Source of the DNA: Candidatus Omnitrophota bacterium
GTDB taxonomy: Bacteria > Omnitrophota > Gorgyraeia > Gygaellales > Profunditerraquicolaceae
DNA: 64,000 nt
Direction of reading: 5' to 3'
Assembly (NCBI GenBank): GCA_043800555.1
Contig: JAZDMX010000014.1
Coordinates: 15,001-79,000 of the forward strand
The translations under genes were made by a program, and so were the position numbers. Every line of letters starts with the position of its first letter. Position 1 is the first letter of the stretch. The notes below the pieces were generated by a model. That model saw only the letters and a program-made list of their open reading frames with translations, did no database searches and was not told the DNA's origin. Shown in pieces: positions 18,949 to 29,422 of the stretch.

Positions 18949-19800
18949 TTGGCAATGGCTAATATTATGGATATAGACGATATAGAATTCGTGATTTTCG
19001 ATACTGAAACTACCGGCTTGGACCCTTCTTCAGGGGACCGGATAGTTGAAATTGCCGCTTTAAGGTTTAAGGCCAGGGAAAAACTAGCGGAGTTTCAGGC
19101 TTTGATAAATCCGGGTAAACCTGTATCCAGCGCAGCTTTCGCGGTCAATAAAATCAGCCCGGATATGCTTAAAGATGCGCCTGCCCCGGGCGAAGTAATC
19201 CCCGGGTTCTTGGATTTTATCCAAGGCAGCTGCCTTTGTTCTTATAACGCCGGCTTTGATTTGGGCTTTTTGAATAACGAGCTTAAAATATTAGGGCTTC
19301 CTGCTTTAAAAGACGTTTTGGTAGTTGACGCGCTTAAGATGGCAAAGCGCCTTATGCCGGGACTTGAACGTTACGCGCTTTGGTTTGTGGCAGATGCCCT
19401 GGGAATAAAAATTCAGCAACAACACCGCGCGTTTTCCGATGTCAAGCTTACTTTAGGCGCCTTTTATGAATTAAAAGATATGCTTGCGGCTAAAGGCGTA
19501 ACTGATTTTAATAAATTCGCGGGTTTGTTCAGTATTGACCCGATCCTGCTAGAGAATATCAATAATCAAAAGATCGCCCAGATCCAGGAAGCGCTAAATT
19601 TAAAGGCCCAGGTAAAAATAGAATATATCTCCGCTTCCAGCGCCCAGGTCACCGAGCGCCAGGTAGCGCCGAAAGAGATCAAACAAGAGAATGGCCGTAG
19701 TTATCTGGTTGGGTATTGTTGCCTGAAGCGCCAAGAGCGCTCATTCCGGGTGGATAATATATTGCATATTGAGCTTATAAATGAAAGCAGTAAGGATTAA
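18949..19800 (+). CDS. DnaQ-like 3'-5' exonuclease (DEDDh) with an extra C-terminal domain.
   Basis: Exo I motif FVIFDTETTGL, Exo II YNAGFDLGFL and Exo III HRAFSDV, plus a C-terminal domain of about 90 aa. Confidence 0.65.
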   Translation: MAMANIMDIDDIEFVIFDTETTGLDPSSGDRIVEIAALRFKAREKLAEFQALINPGKPVSSAAFAVNKISPDMLKDAPAPGEVIPGFLDFIQGSCLCSYNAGFDLGFLNNELKILGLPALKDVLVVDALKMAKRLMPGLERYALWFVADALGIKIQQQHRAFSDVKLTLGAFYELKDMLAAKGVTDFNKFAGLFSIDPILLENINNQKIAQIQEALNLKAQVKIEYISASSAQVTERQVAPKEIKQENGRSYLVGYCCLKRQERSFRVDNILHIELINESSKD

Positions 19801-20842
19801 ATTACCCGTTAAATTAAGAAAAACGGTTTTGGCCTTAGGCCCGCAAACTAAAAACACTATTTGCTTTGCCAAAGGCAGCAGCGCGTATATTAGCCCTATG
19901 CATGCGGATTTAAGCTTGCCCGCAGATTTATCAGCTTTTGGGAAAGACGCAAGATATTTTCTTAAAAAGCATCCTAAAATTGTAGCTTGCGATTTACACC
20001 CGGAATATCAGTCAACTAAGCTCGCTCTTTCTATCTCTGGCAGGCGCAATCCCGAGTTAATCCAGCATCACCACGCGCATATTGCCGCTTGCATGGCTGA
20101 AAATGGGTTGAAAGGCCAAAAAGTAATCGGCGTCGCTTTTGATGGGACGGGCTTAGGGCCCGATAATAATATTTGGGGCGCGGAATTCCTAGTCTGTAAT
20201 TATAAAACATTTGTCAGGCAGGCGCATTTAAAAGAGATCCCGCTAGTCGGCGGAGAGAGGGCGGTTTTAGAGCCCTGGAGGGTATTGGCTGCCTGGTTTG
20301 ATTTCGATAAGGACCGGGAGTTAAAGAAAATATACCAATCCGGAATCAATTCTCCTTTGGCTAGCAGCATGGGCAGATTATTCGACGCAGTTGCCAGCCT
20401 TATCTTAAGCAAGGCAAAGGCGAGTTTCGAGGCAGAATTACCGATCGCCTTGGAAAAATTAGCCGAAAAAGGCAAGTTCCGGAATTCGGACTATAGGTTT
20501 AACCTGAAAAAATGCCAAGGCAGCTATATTATTGATCCCGCGGGCGTATTTAAGCGGATCCTTAAGGACCTGAAATCAGGAATTTCGCGTAATGACATTG
20601 CTTTAAATTTTCATCATAGCGTTGCCAGGATGATTGCGCAAACCTGCTCAGTTTTAAGAAAAAGAAATCAAATCAAGAAAGTGGCTTTATCCGGAGGAGT
20701 TTTTCAAAACAGGATTTTACAAAGATTGAGTTCGGATTTATTATATCAAGAAGGATTTGAAGTTTTTACGCATAAAAAATTATCCTGCAATGATTCGTGT
20801 GTTTCCTTGGGAGAGGCAATAATAGCAGGTTTAAGGAGCTAA
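19781..20842 (+). CDS. hypF: HypF-like carbamoyltransferase, Kae1-like C-terminal domain only. The acylphosphatase, zinc-finger and YrdC domains are absent.
   Basis: VLALGPQTKNTICFAKG, DLHPEYQSTKLA, IQHHHAHIAACMAENGL and VALSGGVFQNRIL are hallmark motifs of the HypF C-terminal domain. hypC and hypD follow immediately. Confidence 0.65.
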   Translation: MKAVRIKLPVKLRKTVLALGPQTKNTICFAKGSSAYISPMHADLSLPADLSAFGKDARYFLKKHPKIVACDLHPEYQSTKLALSISGRRNPELIQHHHAHIAACMAENGLKGQKVIGVAFDGTGLGPDNNIWGAEFLVCNYKTFVRQAHLKEIPLVGGERAVLEPWRVLAAWFDFDKDRELKKIYQSGINSPLASSMGRLFDAVASLILSKAKASFEAELPIALEKLAEKGKFRNSDYRFNLKKCQGSYIIDPAGVFKRILKDLKSGISRNDIALNFHHSVARMIAQTCSVLRKRNQIKKVALSGGVFQNRILQRLSSDLLYQEGFEVFTHKKLSCNDSCVSLGEAIIAGLRS

Positions 20843-20845
20843 GTT

Positions 20846-21055
20846 ATGTGTTTGGGCATACCCATGAAGATTAAAAGGATAAGCGGAGATTTCGCCGAAG
20901 TGGAATCCGGGAGGCTTTTACGCAGAGCCAATATCCAAATGCTGCCGGGATTAAGGATAGGGGACTATGTATTGGTCCACGCCGGTTTTGCCATCCAGAA
21001 GGTCAGCCCTAAAAGGGCCAGGGAAACTTTAAGAATAGCCGATGAAATACATTGA
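20846..21055 (+). CDS. hypC: Hydrogenase maturation factor HypC.
   Basis: N-terminal MCLGIPMKI with the conserved Cys2; 69 aa. Confidence 0.8.
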   Translation: MCLGIPMKIKRISGDFAEVESGRLLRRANIQMLPGLRIGDYVLVHAGFAIQKVSPKRARETLRIADEIH

Positions 21056-22130
21056 TGAATTCCGCAACCCTAGGTTAGTCAAAAGGCTCGCCGCAAATAT
21101 TTCCGGCTCAAACCCCGGAGTTAAAATTAATATTATGGAGGTTTGCGGGACCCACACGCAGAATTTCTACCGTTTTGGGTTGCCTGGGCTCTTGCCCGGC
21201 AATATCAGGTTGATTTCCGGCCCCGGCTGCCCTGTATGCGTAAGCCCGCAGGGCTATATTGATTCCGCCATTGCATTAGCTAAAAATAAAGATTTAATTA
21301 TCGCTACTTTTGGCGATATGCTGCGCATACCCGGGACAAGTTCGTCGTTAGAAAGAGAAAAGGCCAGGCTTGGCAATGTCCGGGTGGCGTATTCCCCTTT
21401 GGATGCGTTGGCGATAGCCGAAAACAATCCTGATAAACAAATAGTATTTTTGGCAGTAGGGTTTGAAACTACGGCTCCCGCGATTGCTTTAACAGTCCTG
21501 GAGGCGAAAAGAAAAAAGCTAAAGAACCTTTCTTTTTTTTCGTCCCTCAAATTGATCCCGCCGGCCATGCGGCATTTATTATCCGACAAAAGGCTTAAGA
21601 TCGACGGTTTTTTGTGCCCGGGCCATGTCTCGGCGGTTATCGGGACAAGGGGTTATGAGTTTATCCCGAAGCAATACAAAATACCTTGTTGTGTCGCCGG
21701 ATTTGAGCCGGTGGATATCCTGGAGGCAATCCTTATCATCATCGGGCAAATCATTTTGCATAAAGCTTGTGTGGCTAACCAGTACGCGCGCGTAGTCACT
21801 GAATCCGGGAATATCCTGGCGCAGGGCGTTATCAACCGCGTCTTTGAACCCGGGGATTCAAATTGGCGGGGTTTTGGCGTTATACCTGATAGCGGGCTTG
21901 AATTAAGGAAAGAATTTTCTGCTTTTGACGCAAAGCGCATTTTTTCTATCAGCGGTAAAACAGCCAGAACAAGGATTGCCGGCAAGTGCCGGTGCGCCGA
22001 TGTCTTGAAAGGGATAATTTCTCCGGATGCCTGCGTTTTATTCGCTAAGGCGTGTAACCCGGATAACCCCATTGGCCCGTGCATGGTTTCCAGCGAGGGG
22101 GCGTGTAATGCGTATTATAAATTCCGGTAA
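21042..22130 (+). CDS. hypD: Hydrogenase maturation factor HypD.
   Basis: CGTHT, GPGCPVC and CPVCV...FETTAP motifs. Confidence 0.8.
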   Translation: MKYIDEFRNPRLVKRLAANISGSNPGVKINIMEVCGTHTQNFYRFGLPGLLPGNIRLISGPGCPVCVSPQGYIDSAIALAKNKDLIIATFGDMLRIPGTSSSLEREKARLGNVRVAYSPLDALAIAENNPDKQIVFLAVGFETTAPAIALTVLEAKRKKLKNLSFFSSLKLIPPAMRHLLSDKRLKIDGFLCPGHVSAVIGTRGYEFIPKQYKIPCCVAGFEPVDILEAILIIIGQIILHKACVANQYARVVTESGNILAQGVINRVFEPGDSNWRGFGVIPDSGLELRKEFSAFDAKRIFSISGKTARTRIAGKCRCADVLKGIISPDACVLFAKACNPDNPIGPCMVSSEGACNAYYKFR

Positions 22131-24558
22131 CCGAATTCCGGCATTCCGGCATAAAAAGCCCGGTAAACTGCTTATTTGTTTTTGGCTATTATCCGGTTAT
22201 TGCTGTTTGATTGCCGGCTCTTTGTCCGGATGCGCCCGTGCGCCCGAAACAAAAACCCCCCAGGATTACATAAAACTATCCGAAGATTATTACCATAAGG
22301 CCGTCAAGCAGTATAAAAGGCTAATCGCGGAGAATCAAAATACCGATGGATTGTACCTTGGGCTAGGCAAACTCTATTACGGCCGCGGAGACCTTGAAAG
22401 CTCCATTGAGGCGTTTCAAAAAACATCATCTCCTGAAGCCGGCAAGTTTATCGCTCTGGCCTATTATCGTTTAGGCGATTATACGGGCGCCTTGGAAATA
22501 TTTAACCGTAAAAATGATGTTGACGATGAGTATAGGTATTATCATGGCCGTACCTGTGAAAAGCTGAATTTATTTGACCAAGCCTTAAATATTTACAGGG
22601 GGTTGGGAAACGGGGAATTCCGGGTTAAGGCAGGAAAGCGGATCGAAATAATCGAAAACAATATCCGCTCAACGCATATCCGGGATTTAGACCCGGAAAT
22701 CAGCAAGATGATAGAGCGCCTGGACCAGCAAGAAAAATACCCGCAGGCAAGCGCGCTTATTCTCTTGGCTGATGAGAAGGTGGAGGTCGCTAAGGATAAT
22801 ACCGAGGTTTCTGATCTGCATTATTTGATCAAGATCTTAAATGAGCGTGGCAAGGAGAGTTTTGCGGAGGCCCAAATAGAGTATGACTCCACTTTTGAAA
22901 AAGTGGAGTTGGAATACGCGCGCACCATTAAGCCTGACGGTAAGGTGGTTAACGTTGGCTCGCGCCACATCCGCGATGTGTCAAAATACCTGAACTATCC
23001 GCTTTATAGTAACGACAGGATTTTCATAATTTCGTTCCCCGAAGTAGCCATAGGCTCCTGCCTTGAATACAAATTGAAAATAAAACGCAGCGAGCTTATT
23101 AATAAGAAAGATTTTGTCTTGAGTTATCCGCTGCAATCTGAAGAGCCGGTTATCGCGGCGGATTTTTCACTCACTTTGCCTAAAGAGAAGAAACTTAAAA
23201 CTAAGATCATCAACGGTAAATACAATGATTTCGGGGCCGGCCTTGTTCCTCTTGTTGAAGAGCTCCGGGATAGCGTAGTTTATCGCTGGAAATTTAAAGA
23301 CATCCCCCAGATAATCCCGGAATCCAATATGCCGGCTAGCGCAGAGATTAACCCCACAATATTATTATCTACTTTCCAGGATTGGGATGAAGTCTATAAT
23401 TGGTGGTGGGGCTTAGCCAAAGATAAGACGCAGGCAGATATCGCTATTAAAGAAAAGGTTAAGTTCCTGACAAGGGGAGCGCGTTCTGATGAAGACAGGG
23501 CGCGTTCGATTTATAACTTTTGCGCTCAGAACATCCGTTATGTTGCGGTAGAATATGGGCAGGCCGGTTACCAGCCGCATCCGGCAGCCGAAATATTCAA
23601 AAATAAATACGGAGATTGCAAAGACCAGTCCATACTTTTAGTTACCATGCTTAAGGAGGCCGGATTTAATGCCTATCCTGTGCTTATCAGCACGGATGAA
23701 TCCATTAATCTTAATCCCGATTTGGCGGCAACATTATTTAACCACTGTATAGCGGCGCTAGAGCTTAACGGGAAGACTATATTTCTCGACCCTACTGCCC
23801 AAACATGTTCTTTTGGGGACCTGCCTGCGCAGGATCAATCGCGCAAGGTTTTGGCATTTAGCCCCCAGGGGTATAAAATTCTGGATACGCCGTTATACCC
23901 GCCGGGGCATAACTTAATTCGCCAGGAGCTGGATATAAAAATCAACAGTAACCAGGGAATTATCGCCCGTAAAGAGATTTATGCCCGCGGTTATTATGAC
24001 CAAGCCCAGCGCTATTGGCTTCTCTATACCCAGCCGGAATTGATACAGGATGCATTAAACAGTATGGCGCAGAAAGTTTCAATCGGGGCCAGGGTGGATA
24101 AATATACAATCGATAACCTGGATGATTTGAATAAGACAGTTGTGCTGGCGTATGATTTTTCCGGCAATGAATTCTTTACCGTTTCGGGCCGCTTAAGGAT
24201 TTTACCGCAATTGGCCTCGGTAAACACGTCTTTGGCCTCCAAGCCTAAACGGAAATACCCTCTTGACCTGGGCTTTTTGGATACCAAGGAAGAATACCTG
24301 GATATAGAATTACCGGACGGGTTTGCCATCAAGGGCATGCCGGATAACCTAAGCGAGGATAGCCCGTGGCTGAAGCTTGAGGTCGAGTATAGGCATAAGG
24401 GCAATACGATTTCCTTCCGGCAAAAAACCGAGACTAAGAAAAAAATCATTCCTCAGAATGAATACGCGCATTTTAAGGCCTTTTTGGAGAAACTCGCCCA
24501 AGACCTTAAGCAAAGGGTGATCCTGGAGAAAGAAGGCGGTGAAGATGCAGAAAAATGA
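22107..24558 (+). CDS. Large lipoprotein with TPR repeats, DUF3857-like region and a transglutaminase-like cysteine protease domain. The start is uncertain; the ORF is open from 22027.
   Basis: Lipobox LSGCA, TPR-like YY..G repeats, and a transglutaminase core YGDCKDQS. Confidence 0.55.
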
Positions 24559-26506
24559 TTTCCCCGGAGCAGAGCAGCGTAAATACGTGCGCCTGGATAC
24601 GGTTTTCCCGGTGCAATTTAGCCTTTTAACTATCGACGGTAAAATAAACTTATCCGGCCCCCTGCAAGGATTTACCAACAATTTAAGCAGCGGCGGGATA
24701 TGCTTATGCGTGAATAATCTTGAACTCCGCTTTGCCCAGATGATAAAAGAGCATCAGGCAAAATTTTCCTTAATGATAGATATACCGTTCTTAAGGAAAC
24801 CGATAGGCGCCTTAGCCCTTCCTGTTTGGGTGAAGGTTGATACTGCCGGAGGGAATAAATATTACATCGGGCTTCTTTACGAGGTAATCGAGGCGTCTGC
24901 CAACCATAAATTAATGTCTTATGCCCGCAGGAAGAAATTCTTTGTCCCCGTAGTGTTAGGGGTTGTTATTTTCCTGGGGGCCCTCTTGGCGTTAAACAGT
25001 TTTATGAATATTAAGCTTACGGAAGAAAACAGGGCCTTGGTCCGGGAATTGACCGCGGTAATCCGGGAATCCGGAGAGGCCCGGAGGCAAATAAGCGGGA
25101 TAAACAAAGAAAAGCTCCTGTTGGAGTCAAACATTAAAGCGTTAGAATCGCGCATTAAGGGAATAGACGATGAAAGGCTAAAATTAGAAAATAGGTCCCA
25201 GACGGCCACCGGCGAGCTTAGGGAGCAGTCCAGAAAGATAGGCGAATTAAACAGCCGGATTAAGCAATTAACGGCTGAAAAAGAGGGGCTTAAAAGCAAG
25301 CTGGCCGTAACCCGGATGAAAGAGGGCGCTATTTCCAAAGAGATTGAGCGCATAGACAAGAAAAAAGCAGTCTTAGAAAGGGCAAATTTTGAAGCGATGT
25401 ATCAATGGATCCGGGTGCATCAAAATCCGCGCACCGGATTAGTTATGAGCTTTGAAGGCGACAGCGATATAAGCGGGTGGGCTTTTACTTACGATCAGTC
25501 TCTGGTCATTCAGGCTTTTACTAATTTTAGCGATTTTCAACGCGCAAAAAAAATACTGGATTTTTTTAATAACCGGGCCCAAAAAAAGGACGGCTTATTC
25601 CTGAACGCCTATTATGCCGATGACGGGGCGCCGGCTGAATATGTAATCCACTGCGGCCCGAATATCTGGTTGGGCATTGCGGCAGTCCAATATTCTTATA
25701 AGGCGCATGACAGAACATATCTGGATATGGCCGAGAGCATTGCCGATGGGGTAATCAATTTGCAGGGGCAGGATTCCGAAGGAGGCCTGCGCGGGGGCCC
25801 CGGCGTAACCTGGTATTCTACCGAACATAACCTAGACGCTTATGCGTTTTTTGACATGCTTTATACGCTTACGAATAAGCAAAAATACCTGGAGGCGCGG
25901 GATAAAGTGCTGGATTGGTTGGTTAAGAATACCTATAGCAGGACAGGCATACCTATTAAGCGCGGCAAGGGAGATTCCACTATTGCCACCGATACTTACG
26001 CCTGGTCAATCGCAGCTATTGGGCCGGATAAATTAGAAAGTTTAGGGATGGACCCGGATAAAATTATGGATTTTGCGGAGAAAACCTGCGGGGTAAATGT
26101 TTGTTATAAGCCGCCCGGCAGGGGCAAGGTCCAAATCCAGGGGTTTGATTTTGCCCCCCAGAGGCATGTTTCCCGGGGCGGGGTAATTTCATCGGAGTGG
26201 ACCGCCCAGATGATTATTTCTTTTAAGATCATGGCGGATTATTATCTTAGAAAGGGTGTTATTGCCAAGGAGAATAGTTACCGGTTGAAAGCGGAGGAAT
26301 ACCTGCTCTCTTTAAGTAATATGATTATCTGTAGCCCCTCGGCTTCGGGCCAGGGCGCTAACTGCCTTCCTTACGCCAGCCTTGATTTCGTGGATACCGG
26401 CCATGGCTGGTTTACGCCAAAAGGCAAAGATACGGGTTCGGTATCCGGAACCACCTATACAATTTTCGCTTATTATAATTACAATCCCCTGAAGCTTAAA
26501 GATTAA
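24539..26506 (+). CDS. PilZ domain, TM segment, coiled coil and a C-terminal alpha/alpha-barrel-like (glycoside-hydrolase-like) domain in one protein.
   Basis: PilZ motifs RKYVR and NLSSGGICL, one TM helix, a heptad-rich 170-aa segment, and a C-terminal 400-aa W/Y/D-rich domain. Confidence 0.45.
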   Translation: MKMQKNDFPGAEQRKYVRLDTVFPVQFSLLTIDGKINLSGPLQGFTNNLSSGGICLCVNNLELRFAQMIKEHQAKFSLMIDIPFLRKPIGALALPVWVKVDTAGGNKYYIGLLYEVIEASANHKLMSYARRKKFFVPVVLGVVIFLGALLALNSFMNIKLTEENRALVRELTAVIRESGEARRQISGINKEKLLLESNIKALESRIKGIDDERLKLENRSQTATGELREQSRKIGELNSRIKQLTAEKEGLKSKLAVTRMKEGAISKEIERIDKKKAVLERANFEAMYQWIRVHQNPRTGLVMSFEGDSDISGWAFTYDQSLVIQAFTNFSDFQRAKKILDFFNNRAQKKDGLFLNAYYADDGAPAEYVIHCGPNIWLGIAAVQYSYKAHDRTYLDMAESIADGVINLQGQDSEGGLRGGPGVTWYSTEHNLDAYAFFDMLYTLTNKQKYLEARDKVLDWLVKNTYSRTGIPIKRGKGDSTIATDTYAWSIAAIGPDKLESLGMDPDKIMDFAEKTCGVNVCYKPPGRGKVQIQGFDFAPQRHVSRGGVISSEWTAQMIISFKIMADYYLRKGVIAKENSYRLKAEEYLLSLSNMIICSPSASGQGANCLPYASLDFVDTGHGWFTPKGKDTGSVSGTTYTIFAYYNYNPLKLKD

Positions 26507-26508
26507 GG

Positions 26509-27147
26509 ATGGAGAGAAAGCTAAAGTCAATTTACAACAAGCTTTATTCTTATTTCGGCCCACAGCGCTGGTGGCCGGCTGACTCCGCTTTTGAAGTGAT
26601 GGCGGGAGCTATCCTTACCCAAAATACCAGTTGGCTAAATGTAGAAAAGGCAATAGCGAATTTAAAAAAACATAAGCTGTTGGACCCGTTTAAGCTTTAT
26701 AATCTGGCCGATAAAAAACTCGCTGCGCTTATCCGGCGGGCGGGCTACTATAATATCAAGGCCAAACGGCTCAAAGAATTCCTTAAATTCTATATAAATA
26801 ATTACGGGGCAGACGTTAAAAAGATATCCGCGAAGAACTTGGGCGTTCTGCGCAAAGAATTGCTCTCGGTAAAAGGCGTTGGCCCGGAAACGGCGGATTC
26901 GATTTTGCTCTACGCTTTGAATAAGCCTGTTTTTGTTATCGATAGTTACACCAAAAGGGTATTCTCGCGGCATAAATTACTGAAGGAAGATTCCGGCTAT
27001 GATGAGGCCCAGGAGCTGTTTATGTCCAATCTAGGCAGAAACGCCAAATTATTTAATGAATACCACGCTCTTATAGTGGCATTGGCCAAAGCTTATTGCA
27101 GCAAATCGAATCCTAAATGTTCCGTATGCCCCCTGGATTTTTGTTAA
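26509..27147 (+). CDS. HhH-GPD base-excision glycosylase (EndoIII-like) with a 4Fe-4S cluster.
   Basis: HhH (LLSVKGVGPETAD) and a C-terminal CxxxxxxCxxCxxxxxC cluster. Confidence 0.6.
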   Translation: MERKLKSIYNKLYSYFGPQRWWPADSAFEVMAGAILTQNTSWLNVEKAIANLKKHKLLDPFKLYNLADKKLAALIRRAGYYNIKAKRLKEFLKFYINNYGADVKKISAKNLGVLRKELLSVKGVGPETADSILLYALNKPVFVIDSYTKRVFSRHKLLKEDSGYDEAQELFMSNLGRNAKLFNEYHALIVALAKAYCSKSNPKCSVCPLDFC

Positions 27148-27297
27148 AATTCTGCTATAATAATAAATATTAAGCGGCTTGGTTATCGCGGGGATTGCTC
27201 CAAGGGAGCGGGAATAGCCAGCCTATGAGAAATTGATTCTTCGCCTGACGGCAAAGCAGGCTCGATTTTTAGCTAGCAAAGTCCGCCATAGCATTAG

Positions 27298-28422
27298 ATG
27301 ATTAATAAAGTTCGCCTTATCAATCTTACCCGTAAGCTTATCCGGATAAATTCCGAAAATCCTCCCGGTAATGAATCGGCTTTGGCTGATTTCGTGCATA
27401 GGTATCTTAAGAAAATGGGCTTAAGGGTGAGGATCTATGAATTTAAGAAAAACCGTTCCAATGTGCTGGCGTATCTGGAAAATCCGGGCAATAAGCGGCA
27501 GATGCTTATCAGCCCGCACCTGGATACGGTTTGCGCCGGAAATAATTGGAAGTTTGACCCTTTTGCGGCCAAGATAGCCGGTGATAAGATTTACGGTTTA
27601 GGCGCAACCGACTGCAAGGGAAACCTGGCGGCTGCCCTGGAAGCGATAAACAGCCTTGTTGAGGATAATAAACGCCTGGATTATGATTTAATCCTTGCGG
27701 CCACCGCGGATGAGGAGTGCGGTTCGGATTTAGGCTTAATTCCTCTTCTGGATAAGGAAATATTGAAGCCCGATGCGGCTTTAGTCCTTGACGCCGATGA
27801 TTTTGAGATTATCATAGCGCAAAAAGGCTTATTGCACCTTAAGGTGAAGATAGAAGGCAAGCGCGCGCATGGCGCGTACCCGCATTTGGGAGTTAACGCT
27901 ATTGATATTGCCTTAGATGCGATAAGAGAGATAAAGAAACATAAATTTTCTTACTCCAGGAATGAATATCTTAAAGCCCCGACCGTTAATACCGGGACCA
28001 TCCGGGGAGGAGACAAGGTCAATATTGTGGCTGACTGGTGCGAATTTGAGTTGGACTTTAGGTTTTTACCCGGGACTAAGCCCGAAAACATATTGGACGC
28101 GCTTAAAGGGATCCTGAAGAAACGCGCCAAAGAATATAAGATAGAGATCGCCAGTATTCAGCAAGCCTACTCAATTTCCGAGAAGCACCCCTTGGTCGGC
28201 TGCCTTAGGAAAGCAATACGCCAGTCCGGGCTAAGCCCCCGCGTTAGCGGTTCGGAGGGAGCGACCGTGATTACGTTTTTCCAGCATAAGAATATTCCGG
28301 CGGTTGCCAGCGGATTTGGTTCTTCCGGTTGCGCGCATATTTCAAACGAATACGCCAAGATCAGCAATCTTTATAAAGGGGCCAAAGTTCTGGAGGCGTT
28401 TTTAGCGAGCTATAAATTTTAA
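27298..28422 (+). CDS. M20-family metallopeptidase or deacylase (ArgE/DapE-like).
   Basis: M20 metal-binding motifs (HLDTV, GATDCKG, ADEE, HG-AYPH). Confidence 0.65.
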   Translation: MINKVRLINLTRKLIRINSENPPGNESALADFVHRYLKKMGLRVRIYEFKKNRSNVLAYLENPGNKRQMLISPHLDTVCAGNNWKFDPFAAKIAGDKIYGLGATDCKGNLAAALEAINSLVEDNKRLDYDLILAATADEECGSDLGLIPLLDKEILKPDAALVLDADDFEIIIAQKGLLHLKVKIEGKRAHGAYPHLGVNAIDIALDAIREIKKHKFSYSRNEYLKAPTVNTGTIRGGDKVNIVADWCEFELDFRFLPGTKPENILDALKGILKKRAKEYKIEIASIQQAYSISEKHPLVGCLRKAIRQSGLSPRVSGSEGATVITFFQHKNIPAVASGFGSSGCAHISNEYAKISNLYKGAKVLEAFLASYKF

Positions 28423-28453
28423 ACAAAGACAGCCTGCAAAAGGAGTAAAGATT

Positions 28454-29422
28454 ATGGAAGGGGTAAAAATCATCAAAAGGCCGCGTTTAAGAAAACCGCA
28501 TTTGATTGTTGCCTGGCCGGGAATGGGAGAAGTTGCTTTTAGGGCGGTTTCTTACCTGATTGAGAAATTGAACGCCGAGGAATTTGCTTCGTTATATGCC
28601 GAAGACTTCTTTTATTTGGCCGGAAGCGTGGTGAAGAACGGGTTGTTGAGCACTTCAGATTTACCGGAGAGCAAATTTTATTTCTGGAAGAATAAAGGAG
28701 GCAAAAACGACCTTATTGTATTTTTGAGCAATGCCCAGCCGGATCTGGCCAGGGCCGAAGGTTACTCCAAGATTATTGTCCAGGTGGCTAAGAGTTTCAA
28801 AGTGGATAAGGTCATCAGTTTTGCTTCTATGCCGCAAGGCATTGATCACGCCCAGGATCCCGAAGTTTGGTTTGCGGCTACTTCCGAAGAGTTAAGCAGC
28901 AGCCTTAAGAAATTCAACCTTAAGAGTTTAAAAGAAGGCCAGATTAGCGGTATGAACGGGCTTTTCCTGGGTATAGCCAAAAGAGAGGGCCTTGACGGGT
29001 TTTGCCTTTTAGGGGAGATCCCGCTTTACACTATCCAGATTGAAAACCCGAAAGCCTCCGGAGCCGTTTTGGAAACCTTGTATACGGTTACGGGCATCCG
29101 GGTTGATTTATCCGGCTTGTCTGCCCAGGCACAAACTATGGAAGATGAAATCAACAAGCTGTTGGACTACCTTAAGCTTGGGCCGGCGGCTAGCGGCCCG
29201 ATTGAAGAAGAAGATATAGAAAAAATCAAGAAAACCTTGAATCAACTCACTAAGCTTCCTGTTTCGGTCAAGGAGAGAATCGAGCAGTTTTTTGCTCAGG
29301 CAAAAACCGATATATCCAAAGCGCGCGAACTTAAAGTCGAGCTGGATAAATGGAACGTTTACAAGGAATACGAAGACAGGTTCCTGGACTTGTTTAAGAA
29401 GACCGGTGAAAAGAACAACTAA
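28454..29422 (+). CDS. PAC2-family (proteasome-assembly-chaperone-like) protein.
   Basis: N-terminal LIVAWPGMGEVA is typical of PAC2/COG1938 proteins, with a C-terminal coiled region. Confidence 0.4.
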   Translation: MEGVKIIKRPRLRKPHLIVAWPGMGEVAFRAVSYLIEKLNAEEFASLYAEDFFYLAGSVVKNGLLSTSDLPESKFYFWKNKGGKNDLIVFLSNAQPDLARAEGYSKIIVQVAKSFKVDKVISFASMPQGIDHAQDPEVWFAATSEELSSSLKKFNLKSLKEGQISGMNGLFLGIAKREGLDGFCLLGEIPLYTIQIENPKASGAVLETLYTVTGIRVDLSGLSAQAQTMEDEINKLLDYLKLGPAASGPIEEEDIEKIKKTLNQLTKLPVSVKERIEQFFAQAKTDISKARELKVELDKWNVYKEYEDRFLDLFKKTGEKNN

